Shown here piece by piece: positions 10,319-20,507 of a stretch of DNA of 64,000 nt. Source of the stretch: a candidate division WOR-3 bacterium (GTDB taxonomy: Bacteria; Hydrothermota; Hydrothermia; LBFQ01); NCBI GenBank assembly GCA_039802605.1, contig JBDRWW010000005.1:1-64000 (forward strand). Direction: 5' to 3'. Position 1 is the stretch's first letter. Every line of letters starts with the position of its first letter. Both the position numbers and the translations under genes were made by a program. A model generated the notes under the pieces. It was not told the DNA's origin. It searched no databases and worked only from the letters and a program-made list of their open reading frames with translations.

Positions 10319-10660
10319 ATGGCCGGGCACAATCACCATAAAGTTGAAGATAAGTGGCTTGTTGATGAGGTTATAGAGTTGGAAAAGGAATACGAGAGGG
10401 AATTGGAGGAGGCGGAGAAAAAAGCCAAGGAAATTATCCAAAAGGCTCAAGAGAGGGCTCAGTTAATAATTGAGAAAGCGGAGTTTGAAGGGGTAGAACT
10501 GATAAGGGCTTATAAGGAAAAGGGGAAGTTGAAGGGTGAGGAGGATGCAAAAAAGATCCTACAAGAGGCGGAGGAAAAAGCCGAAAAACTGAGAAGGGAT
10601 AAGGATAAAAGGGCGGAAATCATAGCAAAACTCTTGGTTGAAAGGGTCGTAAGGGGATGA
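10319..10660 (+). CDS. Probable A/V-type ATPase stator subunit G/H
   Basis: Charged coiled coil with E/K/A periodicity (EEAEKKAKEIIQKAQERA), 113 aa. Confidence 0.6.
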   Translation: MAGHNHHKVEDKWLVDEVIELEKEYERELEEAEKKAKEIIQKAQERAQLIIEKAEFEGVELIRAYKEKGKLKGEEDAKKILQEAEEKAEKLRRDKDKRAEIIAKLLVERVVRG

Positions 10661-11427
10661 GATATTTGGTTTTCTGGATAGGGGATCAAGTTTATAGGAT
10701 AAAAACCGATGAAGTGTCATCAATAATCAAGACGGATAAGTATTTTAGCCTACCCTTTAAGGATACTTTTACCATTGTATATAGGGGAAAACCCTACATA
10801 TCCATAAGTGGAGAACCCAAAAGATATGCGATAATATTGAGGGATGATTTTTTTATATTTTGTGATAGGGTTGAGGGGATAATTGAAGGGGAAAGGGTTT
10901 TTAACGGAAAGATTCCAAAGGATTTTGAATTGAAAGTTGAGTTTAAGCCTTTGTTTAACTTTAAGGTTTCACCGGTTGAGTTTAAAACGGAGGTAAAGGA
11001 AGAAAAGAAAAAAGGCGGGAGGGTATTTTTAATATTTGCGGGGGATATGGGGTATATGGCGTTTGATATAAACGACATAATTTCGGTAGAAGAGGAGTTA
11101 AAGGAGGAGGAGAATACCATATACTTAACGAACTTTCCGAGATATTCAATAAAGGTCAAGCAGGATGATAAGATATACAATGTATGGGTTTTAAATATCC
11201 TTGACTTTGTTGAGGTTAAGAATGTTAAGGCCTCAAAAAACCCCGTGTTTAAAGAGGTTTTTGAGATAAAAAACCAAAAGATAGGCATTCCAAACCTGAA
11301 ATTCTTGGAGGATAAGGATAATTTAAAGTTCATCGTAGAAGCCTTGGAAAAAATGTTAAAAGATTTGGATTTACCGGAGATAAGGGAGGCTTACGAGAAG
11401 CTCTCAAAACTTATAAAGAATGGATAA
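10657..11427 (+). CDS. Hypothetical protein with degenerate CheW-like domains
   Basis: MRYLVFWIGDQVYRIKTDEVSSII resembles a CheW N-terminus; second similar segment FLIFAGDMGYMAFDINDIISV. Confidence 0.45.
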   Translation: MRYLVFWIGDQVYRIKTDEVSSIIKTDKYFSLPFKDTFTIVYRGKPYISISGEPKRYAIILRDDFFIFCDRVEGIIEGERVFNGKIPKDFELKVEFKPLFNFKVSPVEFKTEVKEEKKKGGRVFLIFAGDMGYMAFDINDIISVEEELKEEENTIYLTNFPRYSIKVKQDDKIYNVWVLNILDFVEVKNVKASKNPVFKEVFEIKNQKIGIPNLKFLEDKDNLKFIVEALEKMLKDLDLPEIREAYEKLSKLIKNG

Positions 11428-12085
11428 GGGGAAGTTGTTTATCGTTGCAACACCCATAGGGAACTTGGAGGATATAACTTTAAGGGCTATAAGGACATTA
11501 AAGGAATGCGATTTTATACTCTGTGAGGATACCCGAAGGGCAAAAATACTTTTAAAACATTATGATATAGAAAAGCCGTTAATATCATACTTTGAAGGCA
11601 ATGAAGAAAAAAGGATTCCAGAGGTTTTGGAAATGTTAAGGGAGGGGAAAAAAATAGCCCTAATTTCGGATGCCGGAACCCCTTTGATTTCAGACCCCGG
11701 TTATAAATTGGTTAGAAGGTGCAGGGAGGAAGGTTTTGATGTTATACCTATTCCGGGACCTTCGGCGGTTATATCGGCATTGTCGGTAAGCGGATTGGAA
11801 ACGGATAAGTTTGCCTTTATTGGCTTTCCACCCAAGAAAAGGGGTAAGAGGTTAAAACTTTTGGAAAGTTTAAAGGATTTTGAAGGGAGTTTGGTTTTTT
11901 ATGTATCGCCTTATAAGGTTAAGGAGTTTTTAAAAGAAATTTTAGAAGTCTTTGGGGATAGGCAAGTTTGCGTTTGCAGGGAGATGACAAAAATGTTTGA
12001 GGAGTATGTTTATGGAAAAATCACCGAGGTGATGGATAAGGTAAAGGAAAAGGGGGAATTCGTTATAGTTGTTGGAAAGGGGTGA
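11420..12085 (+). CDS. rsmI: 16S rRNA C1402 2'-O-methyltransferase
   Basis: VATPIGNLEDIT, CEDTR, SDAGTPLISDPG, REMTKMFEE. Confidence 0.95.
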   Translation: MDKGKLFIVATPIGNLEDITLRAIRTLKECDFILCEDTRRAKILLKHYDIEKPLISYFEGNEEKRIPEVLEMLREGKKIALISDAGTPLISDPGYKLVRRCREEGFDVIPIPGPSAVISALSVSGLETDKFAFIGFPPKKRGKRLKLLESLKDFEGSLVFYVSPYKVKEFLKEILEVFGDRQVCVCREMTKMFEEYVYGKITEVMDKVKEKGEFVIVVGKG

Positions 12086-12086
12086 G

Positions 12087-13256
12087 TTATACTATTTTAG
12101 AAATAAGTCCGTTATCTTGCAAGGATTTTATAAACTCATCCAGCGCATTCCATTCGTTTTGGGGCAAATTTACGGTGATGGATTTGCGTTGAACCTCAAA
12201 GCTAAGCTCCGAATTTTCGGGCATAAACCTTGATTTTGCCACTATAAAGAACCCCTCATAAGAATTATTTACTTTGAGGATTTTAAACATTAACGGCGAA
12301 GCGCGGCGCAAGGTTTTCCCATCTTTTTTAAGGTGAATCATACCTCCCTTTTTCAACGATGAAAAATAGAAACCCAAAGGTAAGCCAAAAATTGGTCTTT
12401 CAAAGGTTGGACTTTGCCGCATTTTATATTCCAAAATATCCTTTGCGCTTGAATAATCGGGATTTCTATAACTCCTAAAAGCCATAAGTAGAAAGCCCAT
12501 AAAATCAAGGAGTCCCATCCAGTCGGTTATATTATTTAAACCCCAGGAACTTTTGAGGTAATTACCCCTTCTATCCCTTTGAACTCGTTGTATCCATTGC
12601 TTTAAATTTGAAAGGTTAGCCGTATTAACCTTGTAAATCTCAAAATTAGAACTATCAAAAACATAAGGTATATTTTCCCGAGGTTTCCAATAAATCAAAC
12701 CTTTTATATTTCGTAAGTTTCGTTTTATCCATTCGTTAATCGGTTGAGTAGGCCTAAATTCCAATCCTTCTGGTAATTCTCCACTAACCCCTTCAACCAT
12801 TATTGAACCAAAACCCCTTCTACTCCTACTACCAAAATTCCCGAGATTAAATGCGCACCACACTGCGGAGAAGAATTTTTTAATATCGTCGTCCGTGGCT
12901 TTGGGATGAAAGCGGATGATTAGGTCAAAGGTTTGATTTTCTTTAATATATTCCCTTTGGCGTAACGAAAAACCCAAATAACTAATTCCATTATACCGCC
13001 TAGAATCAATCTTTTGGAATATGTCAGTTTTAAGATTATCAAAGTTGCGAAGGGAAATCCTTACCAAACCCTGATTGGCCTCTTCTCCACCCCACCCGAA
13101 AAGCCTCTTTTCATCCTCAAAAGAGCCTCCCAAAGCTCTAAACCACCACCTTAAAACCCCGTTTATGCTTTGTGTCCTTAACTCCGCCTGACTATTTGCC
13201 CCTCCCATAAATAGCGGAGTTACGATTTTGCACCTTAATTCAAATTTCCTATTCAT
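12087..13256 (-). CDS. cmr1: Type III-B CRISPR RAMP Cmr1 (copy 2)
   Basis: TPLFMGGA, GVLRWWFR, GNFGSRSRRGFGS, FGLP, RRASP. Confidence 0.9.
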   Translation of the reverse strand: MNRKFELRCKIVTPLFMGGANSQAELRTQSINGVLRWWFRALGGSFEDEKRLFGWGGEEANQGLVRISLRNFDNLKTDIFQKIDSRRYNGISYLGFSLRQREYIKENQTFDLIIRFHPKATDDDIKKFFSAVWCAFNLGNFGSRSRRGFGSIMVEGVSGELPEGLEFRPTQPINEWIKRNLRNIKGLIYWKPRENIPYVFDSSNFEIYKVNTANLSNLKQWIQRVQRDRRGNYLKSSWGLNNITDWMGLLDFMGFLLMAFRSYRNPDYSSAKDILEYKMRQSPTFERPIFGLPLGFYFSSLKKGGMIHLKKDGKTLRRASPLMFKILKVNNSYEGFFIVAKSRFMPENSELSFEVQRKSITVNLPQNEWNALDEFIKSLQDNGLISKIV

Positions 13257-13257
13257 G

Positions 13258-14061
13258 CTACAACTTCTTTATTTCTAAGGTATCTAAATACTTCAATGCG
13301 TTCTTAAAATCGTTAAGCCTATTCCACCCGTTGTAAACCAAAACGACGCCAAAGTATTTGCCGTTATCCGTTCTCTTTATTTGGATAACCACGGGTGAAA
13401 CATTCCTTTGGCCTTTCGGCGGTTTGTAGGAGATAGAACGCACATTCAAAAACCCCTTTATCTTAGTATAAAAATCATTCCTCAAACCATAAATAGCCTT
13501 TTCCCAATTCTGCCAAAATCCGTTTCTAGGCTTTACGATATAAACACCGGTGTTGCTTATGTTCATAAAGCCTTGGCTTATATTATTGGCAAAATTACCC
13601 AAAGAATCCAAATCCCTACCCCTCCATTCAAAACCTTTCACCTCAACACTTCCGAAACCCCTCCTCCACCTAGCCCCCAAACCACCGAACAAGGAGAGGA
13701 ACCGTAAAGAATTTTCCAAGTGTTGGGACCAATTATCGTACATAAATGGGGATTCAAAGAGAAGGGTAAATTCTTGATCGGGAAGATAAACCAAGCGTTT
13801 GAGGGGTTTGTAATATTTTCTTTTTTCTGGATAATATATAACCCTTAGGTAAAACGGACAAGACCTTTCCGTTGAGCCAAAGGTTTTATCTTCATTTTCC
13901 CTTAATTCTTTCAAATCATTCACCATACCCGCATAATAAAACCTAAACCACCACCTAAGCATACCCTTTATTGAAGGTATCCTAAACTCCAAATTCCTAT
14001 TTGCCCCTCCCATTGCAAGTGGGGTTAGGATGCGGAAGGAATAATATTTTTTTATCTCCAT
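13258..14061 (-). CDS. cmr1: Type III-B CRISPR RAMP Cmr1 (copy 1, short)
   Basis: TPLAMGGA, FRIPSIKGMLRWWFR, GGLGARWRRGFGS. Confidence 0.85.
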   Translation of the reverse strand: MEIKKYYSFRILTPLAMGGANRNLEFRIPSIKGMLRWWFRFYYAGMVNDLKELRENEDKTFGSTERSCPFYLRVIYYPEKRKYYKPLKRLVYLPDQEFTLLFESPFMYDNWSQHLENSLRFLSLFGGLGARWRRGFGSVEVKGFEWRGRDLDSLGNFANNISQGFMNISNTGVYIVKPRNGFWQNWEKAIYGLRNDFYTKIKGFLNVRSISYKPPKGQRNVSPVVIQIKRTDNGKYFGVVLVYNGWNRLNDFKNALKYLDTLEIKKL

Positions 14062-14073
14062 ACACCAACCCGT

Positions 14074-15381
14074 TTACAAATTATTAATAAGCAATTTTTT
14101 GATTTCTTTCTCCTTCTGCGGGTTATAACGAAGGTATATATGTTTTCCTGAACATTTAAACTGTATTACCGAATCTTCAAAACCCGCGTGGGCAAAGAAA
14201 TTTCTTTGAAATTTTTTCGTATCTTGGGCATTGTCGGAGTGAAAACTGTTCCAAGTGTTTATATTCCTACAATTATCATTACACCTTTTACGCAAATTTT
14301 CCAATTCAACACCTAAATAGCCTTTATGCGTTGAAAGGGAGAAGGTATCGTAAATGCCTCCACCACAAAATTGCGTCTTTATTGTATTTATATGAACGCC
14401 ACTATTTATGTCATATTTATGAACATCTTTAGATAAAACTTCTACAATCCCCGCATAAAAACCCAATGCCAAGAGTGTGTTAATGTAATCGTTCTTTCGC
14501 AAATTTTGGGATTTTTGCCAATTTTGGGATAAAAGTTCTTTTATCTTTCCTATCAAACCTTTAATGGCATTTTTAATCTCTTTGTAATCATGGTAGTCGA
14601 AATGATATATTGCCAAAGGGGTGTTGTTCTTCAAGGCGGAAAAAACTATGGCAAATTTTTCTAAGTAATCTCTTAGATTATCCCTTATAGGCTTTTTTAT
14701 ACCCTCAGCTTTTATGGGTGAGGAGAAAAAGGCTTTAAACTTCATTTCTTCGGTATATATTCTGACTTCTCCTTCCGATGATCCGAGTATTGGTTCGGTA
14801 AATGCTATATAAATTTTGGGTCTAAAATTTTTATTAAGCCAGTTAAACAGATAACCGAACACGGAAATGTGTTTTGCCGCCTCCAATAATGCGGAAACAT
14901 ATATGTTGTGCCCGGAAGATATATCAAAGTAAAACACGGTTTGCGTCCTATCCTTCAAATACCTCTCTATCAAGTCGCATACTATCCCAAGAACTACATC
15001 GCCATACGACCCTTCAAATATCACATCTCCACTCCCATCGGGTTTTTTATATTTTCCGAGGGAATGAACGACGATAAAGTCATCCGCTTCTTTGTTATGA
15101 GGGTGTTCTTTTAAAACTTCGTAGGGATTGGATAAATATGAATCCAACTCGTTAAGGATTTTGGAGACAAAATCGTCATTGCCTTTTAACCTATTTACAA
15201 CATATTCGTTATAAACGATGCTAACCGGATAAACGAGTACTACTTCTGCATCGTTCCCAAAGTGTTCCTTCAAAGCCAAAGATGATAGGGGTTTTTCGTG
15301 GGGTTTACCCTCATATACAAACCGCAAATTATTGCGGTAATTAACATCAAACCTTCCTATTTGATATATAAACCTCTTCAT
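14074..15381 (-). CDS. csx1: CARF-HEPN ribonuclease Csx1
   Basis: CARF DISSGHN motif; HEPN RNFFAH motif; position in cmr operon. Confidence 0.85.
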   Translation of the reverse strand: MKRFIYQIGRFDVNYRNNLRFVYEGKPHEKPLSSLALKEHFGNDAEVVLVYPVSIVYNEYVVNRLKGNDDFVSKILNELDSYLSNPYEVLKEHPHNKEADDFIVVHSLGKYKKPDGSGDVIFEGSYGDVVLGIVCDLIERYLKDRTQTVFYFDISSGHNIYVSALLEAAKHISVFGYLFNWLNKNFRPKIYIAFTEPILGSSEGEVRIYTEEMKFKAFFSSPIKAEGIKKPIRDNLRDYLEKFAIVFSALKNNTPLAIYHFDYHDYKEIKNAIKGLIGKIKELLSQNWQKSQNLRKNDYINTLLALGFYAGIVEVLSKDVHKYDINSGVHINTIKTQFCGGGIYDTFSLSTHKGYLGVELENLRKRCNDNCRNINTWNSFHSDNAQDTKKFQRNFFAHAGFEDSVIQFKCSGKHIYLRYNPQKEKEIKKLLINNL

Positions 15382-17966
15382 ATCCTAACCTCCTTTGCAA
15401 GTGCATTGGAAATTATAAGCAGGTTTGCGAAGTTTAGGGGGTCAAGTTTGTCAAACCAATATAACATTTCCCCAAAGAACTTTTTAACCTTTTCCTCGCT
15501 TTTAACCTTACGGAAAAACACCCTTTTCAATTCGGATTTCAGGATCTTCCTTAAATCTTCGCTATCCTTTCCGTATAAACTTTCAACTATTTCAAGGTAT
15601 TTCCCCGGGAAGTTTGAGGATATTTCTTCCGTCCTAAACTTACATATTAGTTCATTTATAAAATCTATCAACTCCCAGTTTCCACCGCATTCCCTGGCTT
15701 CTCCGCTATGCCTTAAAAATCTAAGGCAAAATGCGTTTTTCTGGTAATGGTCCTTTGCCCTTTTCTCGGCATATCTAACCTCATCCAAAGCCAAATACAA
15801 GGGGTATTTGTAATGCACTATAACTATACCGGCACTCATAGTAGCCCTGGGGCTCAAAGTATCTTTAAAGGCTTTCTGCAAATCATAAGCACAACCTAAG
15901 ACTTCTTCAATCGGTAAAAGTGCTAAAACATCATCCCCACCGGCATATACGAGTTTTCCATAGTGTTCTTCCTCCACTATTTTCCTAACACTTTCAAGGG
16001 CGAAGGTTGATAGCCTTCTTGAAAACGCCTGATGTATTGATGGTGAAGTGGGATGCGGAGAACAGAGGATTTTTAAAACCTTGTCATCCCCATGGGAAAT
16101 AAGCTCCTCCTTTACACCGGGGTGTATTACATCTCCTATTTTTGGGTTAAACTCACCTCTTAGCCACTTACCCATGTTATCCCCATCCATTTGTAAAATT
16201 GCGTAATATCTGGAAGGGTTTATTTCTCTTCCCTGTAAAAAAGATCGCATTTCTTCAAGATACTTTTCATCAACATTTTTTAAGTTGTATTCCCTTTCAA
16301 GGTACTCCTTCCTATAACTGGTTGTAATTAGCCACTGCCCGTCTATGTCGTAAAGGATATCGTCTTTTAATTTTGGGACGGATACCGTTTTGGGTATTTT
16401 TCGGTATTTGCACCTGAAAATTTTAAACTCCCCTTTAAAACACTTTTTAATTTCTTTGGATAACCTCCTCTTCTCCCCTATGCTCGCCATTTCAGAAGTT
16501 GATGGGAACCTTATTGCGTTTTTTAATCCAAAGATATCCTCTATTATTTCGGGAAACAGCCTCTTGGTTGTGCAAACGCCGCAGAGCCTTTCGCCTTCTT
16601 TCACAAGATTTGGTTTTTTATTTCTTAGTTCTTCCCAATTTATATTTAAAACCTCATACTCACCGCAAAGATGACACTTTTCACCCGGTTGCTCCAAATA
16701 TTTAAAATCCCTCACGCTTTTCCTTGCACCGAGAAGTTTTTCCACAAGTTCAATTATCAAGGAATATGCGGAACCAACATTTGCACCTTTATAATACCTA
16801 TGGTCTATTACCTCTTTAACGGTATAGTACAAGGGGGTTTGGCCTATAAGTTTTTTGTAATCTTCAAGGACATCGTCAGGTTTGTAATCATTTTCATCAA
16901 CAACCCAAGGCAAAACCGCCCAATAAACCTGAAAATGAGATAAAAGTTGCTCTTTTATAATTTCCTTCAATCCATCGTTCTGAGAATTAACCTTTTCAGA
17001 AACCTTTTTGGAAATTTTCTCTAATGCCTCCTTAAAGTTATTTTCACAAATATTTGCATTAGAGCTATCGTATGGGATTATGGCGACAAACTTGTTTGGA
17101 ATGTTTGCAATTGTTAGTTCTCCTTCGTTCCTTTTGCACCGTTCTATAAGTTCTTTAAATTCCTCCGTGTTAATCGGGCTATTTTTAAACTTTTCATAAA
17201 GCCATAGGTCGCACAGGGGCTGACCGTAAAGGTTTGGGTATATTATAACATCCGGCCCAAAATCTTCAACCAACGCTTTCATACTCTTCCATGTTAGGTA
17301 CGAAAGCATATAGCTGCCCGCCCATAGATCCGAAGTTTTTCTCGCCTTTGAAATGAAGCTTTGAACTGGCCCTATGGTGAATATTAATATTGCCGGTTTT
17401 GGTAAAGCCGATACTATGGCCGAGGTTTGCACAAGGTGGTCGTAAATGGAGTGGTTTGGAGCCCTAAGGTCTGCTGGGTGTTTTTCAATTTCTGGGAATA
17501 TCTCCGGGTAAAACCTCCAAAGGAAAAGAAATATAAACTTTGCCTTTTCTTCGTCGTTTTCAAACCGTAACCTTCCGAGTTTATCAAACAAATCTTGAAC
17601 TTCTTTGTAATCCGGACTTTCTATGCCTTCCTTTCGAGCGGAAAATATATCTATGAAAATTTTATTCCTCGAAACCACTTTATTGACCCTATTCTCAAAA
17701 TCCTTCTCAGCCAGCTCGGGTTTTACAATTAACCTGCTCATTGAAGAGGCAATTTTATCGGCATTCTTTACATCTTCATCATCAATGTCCTCGTTTGGAA
17801 ACAGCCTTTTTATTAGATCGCAGGCCCATTTTTCGTGAAGGTTTCTATGATGATCACAAAGTAGATTTTTGTTCATCTCCATTTTTGCCCTATCATCCCA
17901 CACCAACCCCTTATATGGCGGGTCGTGAAGCAAAGCCTTTAACTTTTTAAGCCAGAATTTTTTCAT
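15378..17966 (-). CDS. cmr2: Cas10/Cmr2
   Basis: LLHDPP, GPVQSFI..ARKTSDLWAGSY, CxxC pairs, MDGDNMG, YAGGDD cyclase motif. Confidence 0.95.
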   Translation of the reverse strand: MKKFWLKKLKALLHDPPYKGLVWDDRAKMEMNKNLLCDHHRNLHEKWACDLIKRLFPNEDIDDEDVKNADKIASSMSRLIVKPELAEKDFENRVNKVVSRNKIFIDIFSARKEGIESPDYKEVQDLFDKLGRLRFENDEEKAKFIFLFLWRFYPEIFPEIEKHPADLRAPNHSIYDHLVQTSAIVSALPKPAILIFTIGPVQSFISKARKTSDLWAGSYMLSYLTWKSMKALVEDFGPDVIIYPNLYGQPLCDLWLYEKFKNSPINTEEFKELIERCKRNEGELTIANIPNKFVAIIPYDSSNANICENNFKEALEKISKKVSEKVNSQNDGLKEIIKEQLLSHFQVYWAVLPWVVDENDYKPDDVLEDYKKLIGQTPLYYTVKEVIDHRYYKGANVGSAYSLIIELVEKLLGARKSVRDFKYLEQPGEKCHLCGEYEVLNINWEELRNKKPNLVKEGERLCGVCTTKRLFPEIIEDIFGLKNAIRFPSTSEMASIGEKRRLSKEIKKCFKGEFKIFRCKYRKIPKTVSVPKLKDDILYDIDGQWLITTSYRKEYLEREYNLKNVDEKYLEEMRSFLQGREINPSRYYAILQMDGDNMGKWLRGEFNPKIGDVIHPGVKEELISHGDDKVLKILCSPHPTSPSIHQAFSRRLSTFALESVRKIVEEEHYGKLVYAGGDDVLALLPIEEVLGCAYDLQKAFKDTLSPRATMSAGIVIVHYKYPLYLALDEVRYAEKRAKDHYQKNAFCLRFLRHSGEARECGGNWELIDFINELICKFRTEEISSNFPGKYLEIVESLYGKDSEDLRKILKSELKRVFFRKVKSEEKVKKFFGEMLYWFDKLDPLNFANLLIISNALAKEVRI

Positions 17967-18898
17967 CTTTCGCCCTCCCCCATTATAACATCAAAAACTT
18001 TAACATCCTTTGTGTTTGTCGATACATACGCGAAATACCTATCATAAGTTGATGAGTAAAAGGCCCCTGCTATACTTTGAATTTTTTGTCCTCCGGTGGT
18101 ATCAATGATTATTTGCTTATCTTTTAATCTTTTTTCCCTCAAATTTTCAAAAGCCTTTTTGAGGGCGTCGATATTTTTATCCAATTCCTCAAAGTCAATG
18201 GCTTCATAATGCTCTATAACTTCTATATTCGGGAAAAAGTGTTTAACTATTTCTTTGAATATGGATATTTGTTCTTTTGAACTGTTGCTACCTATTACAT
18301 AGACAAATTTCAAAGTATCGCTATATTTTTCAATCAATCGCAATTGCATTTCCCAAGGGCCTCCCCTGTGTTTGTGAAAATCATCGGGTTTTTTAAATTC
18401 AAGCAAATCGTTGGATAAACTTTTGGGGATTTCTTTCCAATAACTCAAAAACATTACCAACCCCTTCACATCTTTGGGTTCAACCTTTTTAATGGAAATG
18501 TTTATATCCAGCTCTTTTATATACAACCAAGAGGATGTAAAAATTCCCAAAGAAAGGAATAATTGAATGATGGGGATGGTGCTATCAATTTCCCAATTTA
18601 AGTAAAGTTTTAAAACCGGTAAGATAAAGGTAAGGGCAATTGTTAATAAGGCGCTTATAAACAAAGCCGTCTCGTAGGTAGGTTTTTTATAGATATTTTT
18701 GTAAATCCAAAATACAACAACGGGTGGAATTACCGAAAGTAAAGCAATAGCTCCCCAAAACCAACCCTTTAACAGAAAGCCTATCACCCCTATTAAACCA
18801 TCTGCAAACCAGGATATTGAGAGAATAAAGGTAGCCGCAAAAATAAATCCCTGGAAGGTTTTTATTTTACCCAACTGATTGACGAGAAAACCTATCAT
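17963..18898 (-). CDS. Transmembrane CARF effector (Cam1-like, about 4 TM)
   Basis: N-terminal about 125 aa of hydrophobic helices; C-terminal KGLVMFLS...IIIDTTGGQKIQSIAGA CARF-type motif. Confidence 0.72.
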   Translation of the reverse strand: MIGFLVNQLGKIKTFQGFIFAATFILSISWFADGLIGVIGFLLKGWFWGAIALLSVIPPVVVFWIYKNIYKKPTYETALFISALLTIALTFILPVLKLYLNWEIDSTIPIIQLFLSLGIFTSSWLYIKELDINISIKKVEPKDVKGLVMFLSYWKEIPKSLSNDLLEFKKPDDFHKHRGGPWEMQLRLIEKYSDTLKFVYVIGSNSSKEQISIFKEIVKHFFPNIEVIEHYEAIDFEELDKNIDALKKAFENLREKRLKDKQIIIDTTGGQKIQSIAGAFYSSTYDRYFAYVSTNTKDVKVFDVIMGEGER

Positions 18899-19242
18899 AA
18901 CGGATTTAGGGGTATAACTTGACCTTCCTTAAATCTCACATCGTGCGATGCGACGATTACGGCGCCTTCAAGCCTCGGGTCGTATATGGCGAGGGCTTTC
19001 ACGATATGGTACCTGTGTACTATAAACGCATAAAACCATATAGGTCCCCTTCCTGAAATTATAACGGTCTTTGAACTGAAGCCGAGTTTTATAGCGTCGG
19101 GAGGGGTTATTCCGTTTAGATCCGTTGGCTCTAGGTTCCTTTTCAGATCAAACTCCACCAGAGCGGTATTCTCATCAACGAAATAAACCTTCCACTTAAC
19201 TATTTGCCCATCTTCTTCAAAGATCACCTTCAAATATTCCAT
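18895..19242 (-). CDS. csx3: CRISPR ring nuclease Csx3/Crn3
   Basis: VIISGRGPIWFYAFIVHRYH, YDPRLEGAVIVASH; likely ATG at 19242. Confidence 0.88.
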   Translation of the reverse strand: MEYLKVIFEEDGQIVKWKVYFVDENTALVEFDLKRNLEPTDLNGITPPDAIKLGFSSKTVIISGRGPIWFYAFIVHRYHIVKALAIYDPRLEGAVIVASHDVRFKEGQVIPLNPL

Positions 19243-20173
19243 ATCCCAACCTCGTTTTCGCACCGACGCCAAACTCTTTTAACGCGCTTTCAATCCAACC
19301 TTTAAGCAAATTTTCCAAGTCATCCGGCTTATGAATCCATTCTTCTAAGATTTTTTTAATCCATGCCTTTAAAATTTCTTTTTTCTGGTTTTTTTCTCCT
19401 TTTTGGTTTTCCAGAATATCGTTATTCTCCAATATCCTATTTGCCCTGAACTCATCAAAAAGAACATAAAACTTAAAAGGTATTCCCCTTTTAACCGTTA
19501 GGAATATTATGGGATTGGGATTTTCCCAATCACCCGGATCACCTTTATCACCGTAATAACTTTTGTAATGAACATTCATAATGTCAAGTTCAAAGATTTC
19601 TTGGTCTTCGTTTATTTCGGGATAGGCATCAAGGAAAACCAAAAGACCCTTAAATCCCTGCGTCCCAAATAGCAGTTTGTGTTTTACAATATCTTCATTC
19701 TCAGAATCGTATAGATCATCTTCGTAAAGTTGTTCTTGTAAGTCTTCCAAGCCTTCTTTACGATCTTTTGCGATTTCCCAAAAGCTAACCATCCTTACAA
19801 CACCCTTTAAAGCGGTGCCGGGGATATACGGAATTCCGAATATATGGTGTAAGGTCAATGAGGTTTCCAAGACATTTGATGATCCAAGACCAACAACGAG
19901 GCGGTAGGCGGTTCTAAGGGTTTTATCAAAAACGACCTTATAGCCTTGCTTTTTAAGATTACAAATTTGGTCTTCTATCCTTTCAATTGGTTTTAGCGGG
20001 ATTTCTGGTATCCTTCTTAAAGATGCCAAAGATCCAGATTTATCTATCTGTTCTTTTTCCCATATGATTTTAACGAGTTTCCCAATACAAAGGCCAACAT
20101 TTTCAATTGTATTTTGTTTTTGGTGAAGGAAATTTAAAAGTTCTTTAAAATTATTCAATTTCCACCTCCACAA
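19217..20173 (-). CDS. cmr6: Type III-B RAMP Cmr6
   Basis: RLVVGLG, LHHIFGIPYIPGTALKG, DIMNVHY, GVGAKTRLGYG. Confidence 0.92.
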   Translation of the reverse strand: MWRWKLNNFKELLNFLHQKQNTIENVGLCIGKLVKIIWEKEQIDKSGSLASLRRIPEIPLKPIERIEDQICNLKKQGYKVVFDKTLRTAYRLVVGLGSSNVLETSLTLHHIFGIPYIPGTALKGVVRMVSFWEIAKDRKEGLEDLQEQLYEDDLYDSENEDIVKHKLLFGTQGFKGLLVFLDAYPEINEDQEIFELDIMNVHYKSYYGDKGDPGDWENPNPIIFLTVKRGIPFKFYVLFDEFRANRILENNDILENQKGEKNQKKEILKAWIKKILEEWIHKPDDLENLLKGWIESALKEFGVGAKTRLGYGIFEGDL

Positions 20174-20507
20174 TTCTCTTTAACCATTGCGCCAGCGCCA
20201 AAGCCTCAACCGTCGCAAGGCGTAGGGTGTTGAAATCGGATTCCGCAATTTCTTTAAGGGCATCCTCTTTAACAATGTTTCGGTTTTTTAGCCATTTATT
20301 AACAATTTCATATATCGGCTTTCTCTCGTCTTTTGAATTGTAAAAGGCAAGGGTGGGAACTAAACCGTTATTTACTATAAGTGCGGGAAGTCTCATAGCC
20401 CCCGTTTTAAATTTTTCGTGTTTAAGTTTGTCGTTTTTTTCTTTAAACTCTCTAACTTCGTTCAAACAAAATGCTGCCCTTTCCTGCTCAAGCGTTCTTT
20501 TGCTCAT
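20151..20507 (-). CDS. cmr5: Type III-B small subunit Cmr5
   Basis: TLEQERAAF, LPALIVNNGL..TLAF, WLKR. Confidence 0.9.
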   Translation of the reverse strand: MSKRTLEQERAAFCLNEVREFKEKNDKLKHEKFKTGAMRLPALIVNNGLVPTLAFYNSKDERKPIYEIVNKWLKNRNIVKEDALKEIAESDFNTLRLATVEALALAQWLKRIVEVEIE

